Source of the DNA: Armatimonadota bacterium
GTDB taxonomy: Bacteria; Armatimonadota; Armatimonadia; Armatimonadales; Armatimonadaceae
DNA length: 32,287 nt
Direction: 5' to 3'
NCBI GenBank assembly: GCA_043754515.1
Contig: JAYUUO010000186.1
Location: forward strand, 1-32,287
The translations under genes were made by a program, and so were the position numbers. Positions 1 to 10,200 of this stretch are shown piece by piece. Positions within the stretch are counted from its first letter, which is position 1. Every line of letters starts with the position of its first letter. Under the pieces are notes generated by a model that had not been told where the DNA came from, searched no databases, and worked only from the letters and a program-made list of their open reading frames with translations.

Positions 1-57
1 ACATTTCGCGCGTCGCCGCTCCCCTTCAATCATGCCGCGCGAGCGGCAGGATCCTGA

Positions 58-726
58 TTACGCGGCGCGTTTGCGTCGCGCGAGCACCAGTCCCGCGAGG
101 GCAGGTATACCCGCCACCAGTAGCACCGTGCTACCGGCTTCGGGAACCGCGACCGCGCTGCCGTTGACGCGGAATGCCGGAGCGGTGCTGCCGATGCCCG
201 CGTTCCACCCCGAGTTGCCGTTGTTCGTCGAGATGCCGTTCACGCCCTGTGTGTTCCCGAACCAATTGTGTAAGGCACTGCCCGTCGTGACCGTCGGCTT
301 CAATACCAGCCAGTAGTTGGTGCCAGTGACCAACGCGAGAGACGGCGTGAACGTGAAGGTGTAGACAGCGGCGGTGTTGATGTTGTTGCGACTCGCCGTG
401 CCCAGGATGGATACGTCGCTCGGATTGCCCCCGTTATTGTTGACGATGCTCGCGGTGATGTTATTCGTTCCGCTCCCGAAGGCGAGTGCTAGATCCGCGG
501 TTATGCCGTTGGAGTTGGCATTCACGGTAAACGGCGCGGCGATATAGTTGGCTTGGGCGAGAGACGAGGTATCGCCGGCGATCTGATAAATCACCGAGCT
601 ATCGAACGTGTTGCCCGCGCCGAACGTGCTGTAGAGCGACGCGGCGTTCGCGGGTGCCGACGCGACGAGGGCGGCGAGCGCGAAGCTTGCCACGAGACCA
701 AACATCATGGATTGAAAAGTACGCAT
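58..726 (-). CDS. Secreted PEP-CTERM (exosortase-sorted) surface protein
   Basis: Signal peptide MRTFQSMMFGLVASFALAALVASAPANA and a Ser/Thr/Asn/Gly-rich body containing GTNYWLVL. The C-terminus has VPEAGS, a TM helix and RRKR. Start moved from 765 to the ATG at 726, which has AGGAAG upstream. Confidence 0.9.
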   Translation of the reverse strand: MRTFQSMMFGLVASFALAALVASAPANAASLYSTFGAGNTFDSSVIYQIAGDTSSLAQANYIAAPFTVNANSNGITADLALAFGSGTNNITASIVNNNGGNPSDVSILGTASRNNINTAAVYTFTFTPSLALVTGTNYWLVLKPTVTTGSALHNWFGNTQGVNGISTNNGNSGWNAGIGSTAPAFRVNGSAVAVPEAGSTVLLVAGIPALAGLVLARRKRAA

Positions 727-1036
727 GAGAACGTTACTTCCTGTCGCGCCAGTTGAATTCGGCAAAATTGCCCCGGTGTAGCTAGGCGGCGACAGGACTT
801 GTTTCCCCTTCCATACCTGCTACTCCTTTATTTTTTATTGGGCACACTATTTATTTTTAGATATATCTTCCGGGGCGGCTTCTTTGAGCGTCACTGCTCA
901 TATCCTTTCCGTCACTCTCGCGAAAGACGGTCGTCGCGCCACGCGACGCCGAGCGGGGTCAGGAATATCGGCGTGTCGCGGTTGCGGGAACCATGCCGGA
1001 ACTCCCGGACGTAAAGCCGTTGCGACTACATACATA

Positions 1037-1765
1037 ATGACTGATTCAGTAGCCTACTATTCCGAGAATCTGACGGAACTGCCGTACAAGACGATACTCG
1101 GGGCGGACTCGGGAATGCCGTTCGCGAGGCGCGTCTGGGTAGCGTTCCGCAAGATGACCGGTTTGCGCGGCATCCCGCCGAACGGCCGCGCTACGTCGGT
1201 CAACCGGAATCTTCTCGAAATCGCGGATCTGCCCCCGTCGCTCCGCGCCAGTTTCACAAGCCGGACTCGTGAACTGGAAGCGCAAGGATTCGAAAGCGTC
1301 ATGCTGAGTAAAACAGACACGGTCGGGGCGTGGGCGCAATACACCTCCGTGTTGTGTAGCGGGGACCGGACAACCCTGGCGATACTGAGCGCGGCGCGTC
1401 TATGGGACGGTTTATCACGACGAGAAGCGCATGCCTCGGTGTTCCGCACGGATTTACAGGACGGCACCGTGTTAACCACCGGGATCAGCCCGCCGTTGCC
1501 GCCGTACCTGATCCGACCGCGCCGCCTCGTAGAAACCTTCCCCGAAACGACGCCGGTCCCGGAAATACTCGCGCATCATCGGGATCGTCTCATCGGGATC
1601 GTGCCCGTCCGGATCACGCCGATACCCGAAGTGGACACTATAGACTTCCTTCGTGATCTCTTCAATGACGATTTACAAGAACTGTTCGCCCCGCCGTCGC
1701 CGTTCCGCCGCCTGACGGACACCGAAGTGGAACGGTTACGGCGTGTCTCCTTCGACTTCAACTGA
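1037..1765 (+). CDS. Hypothetical protein
   Basis: Long ORF (884-1765) with protein-like composition from the ATG at 1037 (MTDSVAYY). No recognisable motif; start uncertain. Confidence 0.65.
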   Translation: MTDSVAYYSENLTELPYKTILGADSGMPFARRVWVAFRKMTGLRGIPPNGRATSVNRNLLEIADLPPSLRASFTSRTRELEAQGFESVMLSKTDTVGAWAQYTSVLCSGDRTTLAILSAARLWDGLSRREAHASVFRTDLQDGTVLTTGISPPLPPYLIRPRRLVETFPETTPVPEILAHHRDRLIGIVPVRITPIPEVDTIDFLRDLFNDDLQELFAPPSPFRRLTDTEVERLRRVSFDFN

Positions 1766-1816
1766 CGCGGGTCGGCGCGTTTAGCAACGCCGTCCCGCCG
1801 CGCTATATGGGTCTTC

Positions 1817-3145
1817 GTGTACGAAACTATCCAACGTATTAATGGCGTCGCCGCGCCCACGGCACGCGCCGTCTCCCTCTATGACTGGCGCGAGGAGTGC
1901 CTTCTGGCGTCGCTCAAGGGCAACCATTACGGCGAGTTTTTGGAGGCACTCCTCGCCGCGATCCGCCGCCACGGGACCGGGAACGCGACGCTGGTGCTCG
2001 ACCTCGACCGGCTACAACTGCTCGACTTCATGCGCGAGACGATGCCCGACCTGCGCCCCTTATGCGCCCTGACGGAGAGTTATGACCGCGATATTTCCGA
2101 GCAGCCTCAGCCGTTTCTGGGCTGGTGGGGCGGGACATTCGGTGGCGGCTGGCTCGAAGTCGCCTTCATCGGGTCGTGGTTCCCCGAGGCGGCGGTGGTC
2201 GCGATGGGCGAAACCGCGTCGCTGTTGCGGGACTTCGGCTTGGCGGCGACGCAACACGCGAACCGCCCGCGGAGCCGAACGCTTCTGTACGCGGGTTGCT
2301 GGAAAAACGCGCCGCAGATGGACGCCGAGATCGGGAAGGTTACCTGGGACGATGTGATCCTGCCGACGGAAATGCTCGGGCAGATCCGGGAGGCGGTGGA
2401 GGGCTGGGCAAACGGCAAGGCGATCTACGAAGGGATGGGGTTCGCCTGGCGTCGTGGGATTCTGCTGATCGGCCCCCCCGGTACCGGAAAAACCATGATC
2501 GGGAAGGCCGCCGCGTCCGCGCTACCGGATCTGCCGGTGCTGTACGTACGCGACCTGCGTGAGGACAGCCGCCGCGACGCGATCAACGCCATCTTCCGCC
2601 GCGCCCGCGAAATGAAGCAGTGCCTGTTGATCATTGAGGACGTGGACACGCTGATTACCGAGGAGAACCGGAGCGTGTTCTTGAACGAGTTGGACGGGTT
2701 CGTGTCGAACGAGGGCATTTTGCTGATCGCATCGTCAAACCACCCGCACAAGATAGATGAGGCGTTCCTGAAACGCCCGAGCCGCTTCGACCGCGTCTTC
2801 CACATCGGGTTGCCCGCCGACGCAGAACGCGCCGCGTTCTGCCGGACGATCCTCGCCCGTAGCGCGTTCGCGGCGCGGTTCGCGCCCGACTTCGACTTCG
2901 CGGGCCTGATCGGGCGTGTGGTCGAGAAGTCGAAGGGTTTTACGCCCGCATATTTAAAGGAGGTCCTGACCGGTGCCGCGCTGTCCCTCGCGCACAAGGG
3001 GCAGGCCGATGTGCTGGACGGGCGGTACGAAGAAGCCGTCGTCGCGCAGGTGGACGAACTGCGCAAAACGATGCGCCGACTGAAAAACCCCGCCGCACTC
3101 GCGGAAATGACCACGGGCGATACGGGGATCGGGTTCAGGGAGTAG
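1817..3145 (+). CDS. AAA+ ATPase (single AAA module, BCS1-like signature)
   Basis: YEGMGFAWRRGILLIGPPGTGKT (Walker A), LLIIEDVD (Walker B), SNHPHKIDEAFLKRPSRFDR (second region of homology with Arg fingers). Confidence 0.92.
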   Translation: MYETIQRINGVAAPTARAVSLYDWREECLLASLKGNHYGEFLEALLAAIRRHGTGNATLVLDLDRLQLLDFMRETMPDLRPLCALTESYDRDISEQPQPFLGWWGGTFGGGWLEVAFIGSWFPEAAVVAMGETASLLRDFGLAATQHANRPRSRTLLYAGCWKNAPQMDAEIGKVTWDDVILPTEMLGQIREAVEGWANGKAIYEGMGFAWRRGILLIGPPGTGKTMIGKAAASALPDLPVLYVRDLREDSRRDAINAIFRRAREMKQCLLIIEDVDTLITEENRSVFLNELDGFVSNEGILLIASSNHPHKIDEAFLKRPSRFDRVFHIGLPADAERAAFCRTILARSAFAARFAPDFDFAGLIGRVVEKSKGFTPAYLKEVLTGAALSLAHKGQADVLDGRYEEAVVAQVDELRKTMRRLKNPAALAEMTTGDTGIGFRE

Positions 3146-3258
3146 TTTCCGGTAGGGGCTTTTCAGGCGGTGCTGGCGGAAGAGTCTGGCCTCGCTGGTT
3201 CGGCCCCCGGTGCGGGAGGCCGGACAGCCAAGCGTGAAGGCCCAACTTCCCCATCCCC

Positions 3259-3287
3259 TTGACAGGCCCAGGTCTCTGTGTTATGAT
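3259..3287 (+). promoter_or_regulatory. Sigma70-type promoter of the regulator/prepilin/GH locus
   Basis: TTGACA (3259-3264), 17-bp spacer, TATGAT (3282-3287), with extended -10 TG at 3279-3280. Confidence 0.85.
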
Positions 3288-3406
3288 TACAACTGTACTA
3301 TGTCTGTAATACATAAACCGTTGTTGGTGCCCCACGTCGTGGACACCGCCGATCCCGCTCGCGACAAATCACTGCGGCTAACTCCCGCCGGAAACGAGGC
3401 GCGATA

Positions 3407-4717
3407 ATGTCCGCCGTAGAAACGCCGTCGCGAGAGAAGGTCCGGCCCACCAGCCAGCGCGCTCGGGGTGGAACCTTCACCGCCGTCGAGCGTCTGTTGC
3501 GCGACCGTGTCTCCAGCGGGCAGTGGCCGGCTGGGACCATGATCCCGGGGCGACGCCAGCTCGCGCTGGAGCATGGGGTAGCACTACGCACCGTGGAGCG
3601 TGCGATCTCCAGCCTCCTAGAAGACGGCACACTGCGCGCGGATGATCGGCGTGGGACCTTCGTCGCGCGGGGCGGTGACGCCGGGGTAGTGCGAGTGCCC
3701 TCCGGGCGCGAAGTCACTCCGGGCCACGCGACGCTCGGGATAGTCGGTGTGTTCGCGCCGGCCGCGGTCCCGCTCCCCGGCGTGGATGAGTACGGCTGGG
3801 TGCGCTCTATTATCACGGCGGCGGAACGGTCGTGGGCAGTTCAGGCCGGCCCGAGTCCGGGTGGCGCGAATAGCGACATCATCACGTTCAACCGGTTTGT
3901 GATGGATGGTGCCCCGATGATTCCTGTCAGCGATGCGATCCTGTCTCTGCGGCAGAGCGGGGCGGAAGCCGTGGTCGTTGTCGGCATCCACGACGCGGCA
4001 CTGGCGGCGGACGCGGTCGCATCCGCGCTTGCCGCCGCCGGGGAGACGTTCCCGCTGGTGTACATCTCCTGGCACGCGCTGGAGACGCACCTGCCGCATC
4101 TGTTTTATGATAACGAGAGCGCGGGCTATCAGGCCGCGCTTCATCTGCTCCAGTCGGGGTATCGCTCGCTTCTTTTTCTGGCACCGTTTCAGCCGGAGTG
4201 GGTCGCGCTTCGCCTGAAAGGGGCGCGACAGGCGGTGAGTCAGTTCGGCCTGGCGGAAACGGCGTTGCGTCTGTATCCGGGCGATTCGCCGCCGGAAGAT
4301 CCGGCTCAGTCCGACGTGCGTGATCGGCAGGCGATCCGGACGCGTGAGGTGCTGGCGGACGCCGACCGTGGCGGGCTGTTCGCGTCCGAGCTGAACGGGG
4401 CGAACGTCGGGGTGATCGCCCCGAACGATTTCGTCGCGCTGATGCTGATGGAGACCGCCGGGGCGCGGGGGCGGGTGGCTGGGCGCGACTACGGCCTGGT
4501 CGGCTTCGACGACGAGCCGCGGTCGCTAGGCATGGGCTTGACCACGCTCCGGCCGCCGCTTGAGGCACTCGGGGAACAGGCGGCGTTGCTACTGCGGAGC
4601 GCGTTGCGCGGCGACGAGACCGCGCTTCAGATACGTCTGCGTTCGCACCTGATCCCGCGCGCGTCGTCGCGTCCGCTGGTCACCGCCGCGCACCCGCGAG
4701 ACTGGAAAATCTCATAA
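3407..4717 (+). CDS. GntR wHTH / LacI-type sugar-binding domain transcriptional regulator
   Basis: N-terminal [37 protein letters not shown]...RRGTFV (GntR HTH). C-terminal [37 protein letters not shown] (periplasmic-binding-protein-like LacI effector domain). Confidence 0.93.
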   Translation: MSAVETPSREKVRPTSQRARGGTFTAVERLLRDRVSSGQWPAGTMIPGRRQLALEHGVALRTVERAISSLLEDGTLRADDRRGTFVARGGDAGVVRVPSGREVTPGHATLGIVGVFAPAAVPLPGVDEYGWVRSIITAAERSWAVQAGPSPGGANSDIITFNRFVMDGAPMIPVSDAILSLRQSGAEAVVVVGIHDAALAADAVASALAAAGETFPLVYISWHALETHLPHLFYDNESAGYQAALHLLQSGYRSLLFLAPFQPEWVALRLKGARQAVSQFGLAETALRLYPGDSPPEDPAQSDVRDRQAIRTREVLADADRGGLFASELNGANVGVIAPNDFVALMLMETAGARGRVAGRDYGLVGFDDEPRSLGMGLTTLRPPLEALGEQAALLLRSALRGDETALQIRLRSHLIPRASSRPLVTAAHPRDWKIS

Positions 4718-4761
4718 TATGGTGCCAACAGAGCGGCACTAAATCCGAGGAGGGAAGAAAA

Positions 4762-5751
4762 ATGACTGTTGATACCAACATGTCCGACACATCGTCGGCA
4801 CCGACAAGACTGAACAGCAGACACCAGCGGGCATCTACAAGGCTACAAAGTGTCCGGGCGGGCATCACCCCGAACACACCGGCGTTCAAGAACGCGACAA
4901 CGGCGTTCACGCTGATCGAACTGCTCGTGGTAATCGCGATAATCGCGATCCTGGCCGCGATCTTATTTCCCGTGTTCGCGCAAGCCCGCGAGAAGGCGCG
5001 GCAAACATCGTGCCTTTCCAACATGAAGCAGATCGGGACGGCGTCGGTGATATATGTGCAGGACTACGACGAGACGTTCGCGTCCACGACGTGGGGTGAC
5101 GCGTGGGGCGATTACACCGGTGCCCGCAAATATACGAACGCCCTCGGGGCGACCACTTATAACGGCGCTCCCGTCGGGAACGAGTGGGGCGGGACCCCCG
5201 CGTGGCAGCTGGACCCGTACATCAAAAATAAACAGGTCTGGGTCTGCCCGTCGAAAGGTCGCGGCGCGCCCGACCCGTCACTCACGAGTCTTATCTCCTA
5301 CGGCTTCAACTTCATCGGAGTGTTTACCCATCTCGACGGCAACTACCGCATCAAAACCACCAAAATGTCGGAGATCCAATCCCCCGCTGAGACAGTAGCA
5401 CTCGCGGAGGCGACGTCCCCTACCAGTACGGGCAATCTGGATGGTGCCTGGCTCGACCCGTACTGGTGCCAGAACTCGTTCCCGCGCAACACCGATCCGT
5501 ACGGTGGCACGAACACGAGGATGCAAACGCAGTACGGGAAGCACCAGAACTTCGTCAATATCTGCTGGGCGGACGGTCACGCGAAGTCGGTGCGTGTCAG
5601 CCGCCTCAAGTGGGGCAACATCAACGGGGCCGTGAACGGGCCTGACCCGGCATTCCCCTGCGGCGACACCTGGGCGGGTGGGCAGGGGATAGACAAGTTC
5701 GATCAGCCCATCGCGCCGCCGGAGTGGGATACTTTGCAGTCGAAGCAGTAA
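4762..5751 (+). CDS. Prepilin-type N-terminal cleavage/methylation protein (DUF1559, H-X9-DG motif)
   Basis: [89 protein letters not shown] lies upstream of ATG 4762. Confidence 0.93.
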   Translation: MTVDTNMSDTSSAPTRLNSRHQRASTRLQSVRAGITPNTPAFKNATTAFTLIELLVVIAIIAILAAILFPVFAQAREKARQTSCLSNMKQIGTASVIYVQDYDETFASTTWGDAWGDYTGARKYTNALGATTYNGAPVGNEWGGTPAWQLDPYIKNKQVWVCPSKGRGAPDPSLTSLISYGFNFIGVFTHLDGNYRIKTTKMSEIQSPAETVALAEATSPTSTGNLDGAWLDPYWCQNSFPRNTDPYGGTNTRMQTQYGKHQNFVNICWADGHAKSVRVSRLKWGNINGAVNGPDPAFPCGDTWAGGQGIDKFDQPIAPPEWDTLQSKQ

Positions 5752-5795
5752 CGGTCGGGCCACCGCGCCCGGCACCCGCCGGATCGTTTATTACA

Positions 5796-5978
5796 TAGGA
5801 GTTACGCGGTTGGCGGTTTCGGATGCCCGGATCTGTCCGGCCCACCCGCAAGCGGGTACCCGACATCCAGCTCGGAACGCGTCTAGACAGGCAATCGTCA
5901 AAACTTGTTTTGACTGTACTTATTTCGCCGATGACGTGGGTTTCAACCCGCGTTCCTTGACGAACCGCGTAACTCCTA
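5796..5978. mobile_element. MITE-like non-autonomous element (183 bp)
   Basis: Perfect 16-bp terminal inverted repeats TAGGAGTTACGCGGTT (5796-5811) and AACCGCGTAACTCCTA (5963-5978), flanked by the direct repeat TTACA (5791-5795 and 5979-5983). Internal palindromes; no credible ORF. Confidence 0.8.
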
Positions 5979-6005
5979 TTACAAAGAAAGTTGAGAGGAA
6001 ATAAC

Positions 6006-6848
6006 ATGTTCCCATACGAGTTCCCCCCCGCCACCGTGGGCAAATTCCGCGCGACGGCGTTCAAGAACACGACCGCCGCCTTCACGCTGATCGAGCTGCT
6101 CGTCGTCATCGCTATAATCGCGATACTCGCCGCGATCCTGTTTCCCGTGTTCGCCAAGGCACGAGAGAAGGCCCGGCAGGTCTCCTGCGCCTCGAATATG
6201 AAGCAGATCAGTCTCGCCGCGCTTCAATATGTCCAAGACTACGACGAGTCCTATTTCAACCGGCTGACGAACCCCGCGCTCGGCTATCCCGACGGCGAGA
6301 GGTTCACCTGGCGGCTCGCGCTCGATCCGTATGTCAAGAGTAGCGCGGTCTACCGTTGCCCCTCGAACCCGTATAACAACAACCCGACCGGAGCCTACGC
6401 CGCTAACCCGACTGTGCCGGTCGCGAACTGTCCGTACTGGGACGGAGCGTACACCTCGTACGCCTGCAACTTTTTCGCGATCTGTCGGGACACGGGCGCG
6501 GACCCGTATGTGCTAGCGGACGTCGCGAAGCCTTCGTCTACCATCGCTTTCGTCGAATTCACTATGCAGTGGTCGGAATACCGCGTGGACGACGGGTACC
6601 CGAATCGCGCTCTTTACGCGGGTCACACGGGACTCGCGAACTTCGCGTTTTGTGACGGTCATGTGAAAGCAATGAAGGCGGGGGCGACCATGAACGACAA
6701 GAACGACTGCGACGCTACTAAGTCGTCGCGGTCGAACCTCTGGTACGCTAGCGGTAGCCCGATCTGCACGCCGGGCAGCAACTACGCGCAGGCGGTTGCC
6801 AACCTCAGCGACGCCGATCAGGGCTTATTCGATAAGGCACCCTGGTGA
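6006..6848 (+). CDS. Second prepilin-type DUF1559 / H-X9-DG protein
   Basis: [82 protein letters not shown] 6006 is preceded by GAGAGGA. Confidence 0.93.
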   Translation: MFPYEFPPATVGKFRATAFKNTTAAFTLIELLVVIAIIAILAAILFPVFAKAREKARQVSCASNMKQISLAALQYVQDYDESYFNRLTNPALGYPDGERFTWRLALDPYVKSSAVYRCPSNPYNNNPTGAYAANPTVPVANCPYWDGAYTSYACNFFAICRDTGADPYVLADVAKPSSTIAFVEFTMQWSEYRVDDGYPNRALYAGHTGLANFAFCDGHVKAMKAGATMNDKNDCDATKSSRSNLWYASGSPICTPGSNYAQAVANLSDADQGLFDKAPW

Positions 6849-6875
6849 CCCGCCGGGCGCGACTCCGCGAATTAT

Positions 6876-6899
6876 GGCTCCGGGACGGAACCCGGAGCC
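6876..6899 (+). other. Intergenic GC-rich stem-loop (possible mRNA stabilising/processing hairpin)
   Basis: GGCTCCGGG-ACGGAA-CCCGGAGCC forms a perfect 9-bp stem with no U-tract, directly upstream of the next RBS. Confidence 0.5.
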
Positions 6900-6917
6900 G
6901 ATAAGGAACACGAAACC

Positions 6918-7226
6918 ATGCCGAAAATCCCTCGCCGCTTTGTGCCCCTCCCTGCCCTCGCGCCGCTCGCTTTGTTCCTGCTCTGCGCCGGTTGCAGGAG
7001 CGAGGTAAAGGTGACGGCACCCCCCGCGCCTCGTGGTGCTGGGGCGGGTCAGGCGCAGAAGGAGGTAGACCAGCGACTCAAAATGATGGACCACAACCCG
7101 ACCGTTACCGCGGAAGATAAGGCCAAATACCGCGCGATGATCGAGGGCGCGACGAAGCCGCCCCCCCCGGTGCCCGCGAACGGGCAGAACCCTTTTTACC
7201 AGGTTGCCCCCGGCGGCAAACGCTGA
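6918..7226 (+). CDS. Small exported protein, probable lipoprotein
   Basis: AAGGA RBS, basic N-terminus, hydrophobic stretch ending LLCAGC (lipobox-like), Pro-rich linkers around a short helical core. Confidence 0.75.
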   Translation: MPKIPRRFVPLPALAPLALFLLCAGCRSEVKVTAPPAPRGAGAGQAQKEVDQRLKMMDHNPTVTAEDKAKYRAMIEGATKPPPPVPANGQNPFYQVAPGGKR

Positions 7227-7275
7227 CCGAATGTGCCGCGCGGTCGCCAGGCGACCAGCACTCGTAACGAACTAT

Positions 7276-10200
7276 ATGAATCAATCCCGACACCCTCTTC
7301 GGCAGTTCACCCTGCTCCCTCATCTGACGCGCGGCATACTCGCGTTTGTGCTACTCGCCTGCTTCGTACCACGTGCCAACGCACAGGCACCGCTGAGCGT
7401 TGACTCCGTCTCGGACGCGACGGGGTTTGTGATCGCGCCCGGCGGGACGGACACGCTCCGCTTCGATGTCCGCAACGCTGGGAATACGCCGGTGAAGGCG
7501 ACCGCGCGGTGGGAAATAGTGGACGGCGATGGCAAGCCGCTGAGCACGCTCGACCAGCCCGTCGCGCTCGCCGCCGGAACCGTTAGCCACCTGCCGTTCG
7601 AGTTCTCCCCGAAAAACCTGGGTGCCGGCGAGTACGGTGTTCGCCTGTCCGTCGAGACCAGCGAGGATCACAAAGTTGCCTTCCGCTACGAGCAGTCGGT
7701 CGCCGTCGCGGGGCCGCGCGACGCGTTTATCCTGTTCAACAAAGAGCCGGTGATGCGCGGGATGGATTTTGACAGGGCCGGGATGTCGCCGGTTCTGCTG
7801 ACCGTGAACGGCGTCCAGCACTGGGCCTGGCAGGGCGGCGAGTCGCGCGGTGCCGAGACGTGGTGGCATGCCCTGATGTTGAGGATGACCGACCCGCGTT
7901 TCCGTGATTCCGCGATGCCCGCCGTGGATATAACGGTGAACTTCCGACACGCGCCGGACGCCCCGGTGAACCTGTTCGGCGACACCGCCACCGGGTCGCG
8001 GGAAGTGGCGTCCGGCTGGGGCCGGAACGAGGGCTGGCAAACGATGCGCACGGAAGTGGACGACGCGAAGTTTGCCCGCACGGACTACCACAGCGAGCCG
8101 GCGCAACGAAAAAGCGACGGCTTCGATCTGCGCTTCAACTCCTGCAACGCACCGGTCGAGGCGCGCTCCGTCTTCGTTCGTGGGTACGACCGGGATGTCG
8201 CCCCGGATTTCAGGCGGCTTCTTCGCTTCACCTCGCTGGACATGGGGCGCGAACTGTTCATCGTCCGCCCCGGCGAAAAACTCAAACTGTCGCTGAACCT
8301 GCGCAACCTCGCCCGCGTCCCACTCAAAGGCGACTACGCGCTCACGCTGACCGACGACCTCGACAAGGTCCTCTGGAAGCGGGGCGCGGCGACCGAGATC
8401 GGAAGCGGTGCCTACGCTCTGCTTGTCGCGTTCGACGCCACAGGACTCAAGCAGGGCTTATATACGCTTTCCCTGGGCGTCGGGCGTGCCGACAAAGATG
8501 GCAACCGCGAGGAACTCCTGAATCCGGCGATCAACCTGCTGATCTCCGAGCAGAGCGTGATCCCGAAGGCGAAACCAGGTGACTTCCTGTACGGCGTTGA
8601 TCCGGGCGTTGACTTTCGCGACGACCGCTGGATGCAGTGGCTCGATTTCATGGGGTGCGACATCACGCGCGGCAACGGGGCGAACGAGAACCCGGACGAG
8701 TGGACGGCGGCGTTCGCGGCGTGGGACCGGCACGGCATACAAAACTCCGTGTTCTGGAACGTCCCTTATGACCGTGACCCGGCGGTGCTGGAGACCAAAA
8801 CGCTGGCGGCCGTCGCGAACGCCGAAGCCGTGGCGCGTAAGTTCGGCACCCGCGCCCGCTACTGGGAACTCGGAAACGAGCCGGATCTTTTCTTCTTCTA
8901 CCCCGACATCGAGCTGTATGAGAAGGGGATGACCCGGATCGCGAAAGCCGTTAAGCACGGCAATCCCGACGCCGTGGTGATGAACGGCGGGCTGGCGAAC
9001 GGCGGCGGCCCCGAGGCGCACCCGAACTCCGCGAAGTTCCTCCACCTCGTGCCCGCCGACGCGCTCGACGCGATCGCCTACCATGGCCACGGCCCGCTCG
9101 TCAGCGCGGAGCGGTCGGCATACAACAATATACGGGCGATGCTGGTGGAGAACGGCAAGGGGAAATTGCCGCAGATGGACACCGAATCCGGGGTGTCCGC
9201 GCGCACGCCGGGGCAGATGCGGATCCAGGCGCGCACCGCCGTGGAAAAGACCGTGTTCGCGCAGTCGGTCGGCTCGCCGACGTTCATGTGGTTCCGCCTG
9301 CACATCGAGGGCGGCGACGGCGACTATACCAGCACGAAGAACGTCCACGAGCCGCGCTCCGTCGTGCTTTCCTACCGGACGATGGCCAGAGTGCTCAAAG
9401 GGCTACGCTTCGTCCGCGCGCTGGATTTGGGGATTCCGGGCGCGGAAGGCTATCTGTTCGCCGAACGCGGGGGGGGGCGGCGCGCGCTCGTCACGTGGGC
9501 GAACGATCAGGGCGGCGGAACGGCCACGCTCAGGCTGGGCGGCGCGGGTGGCCCTGGCGTCGCGAATGTCCGGCAGGTGGACCTTTTCGGGAACGTGACC
9601 GCCCGGCGTGACGCATCCTCCGGCGTGACGACGGTGCCGGTTGATCTGGACCCGGTCTACCTGGCCTGGAGCGACCCCGGCGCGACTGGCGGCGTGACGG
9701 TGCTACCGAACCCGTTATCGGTGTCCCCGACGGTATACGTGTCGCCGGGCGGCTCCGACGCGGTCACGGTGCGCGTCCGAAATACGGAGCGGACGCCGCT
9801 CGTGGCGACGCTTACGGCGAGGGCGGGCGCGGCGTCGGGCGTTTCACCCGTCTCCGCTGCGACTCCTATACGGGTCGGCGCGGGTGCGACGCAAACCGTC
9901 TCGATCCCGGTGCGGGTCGCCGCAAAGCAGGGCGGCCTCCTCTGGCCCCGCCGCTGGACGGTGTTCGCCCCGGTCCCTACGGGTTCCGTCCCCGTCGCGG
10001 ACTTTCCCGCCGACATCCCGGCGCGGCTACTCGTCAACGGAGTGCCCTTGCTCCCCCGCGCGGTGACGCTGGTGAACGACCGCGTTGACCTCGCGCCGAT
10101 TGGTGGCGGGGTCGCGGAAAAGCGGGAGGCGATTTTATTTGCCACGATAGACAGCCCGTCCGCGCAAACCGTACGGATTGGCTCCTCCGCCGACTGGTGG

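Noticed and set aside
889..913. CGTCACT...CGTC as another ECF-type promoter
   Set aside because: The spacer is only 14 bp and the -35 element is mismatched.
5913..5920. ACTGTACT shared with the regulator promoter (3292-3299) as a second operator
   Set aside because: It is only 8 bp, non-palindromic, and lies inside the MITE, so it is likely chance.
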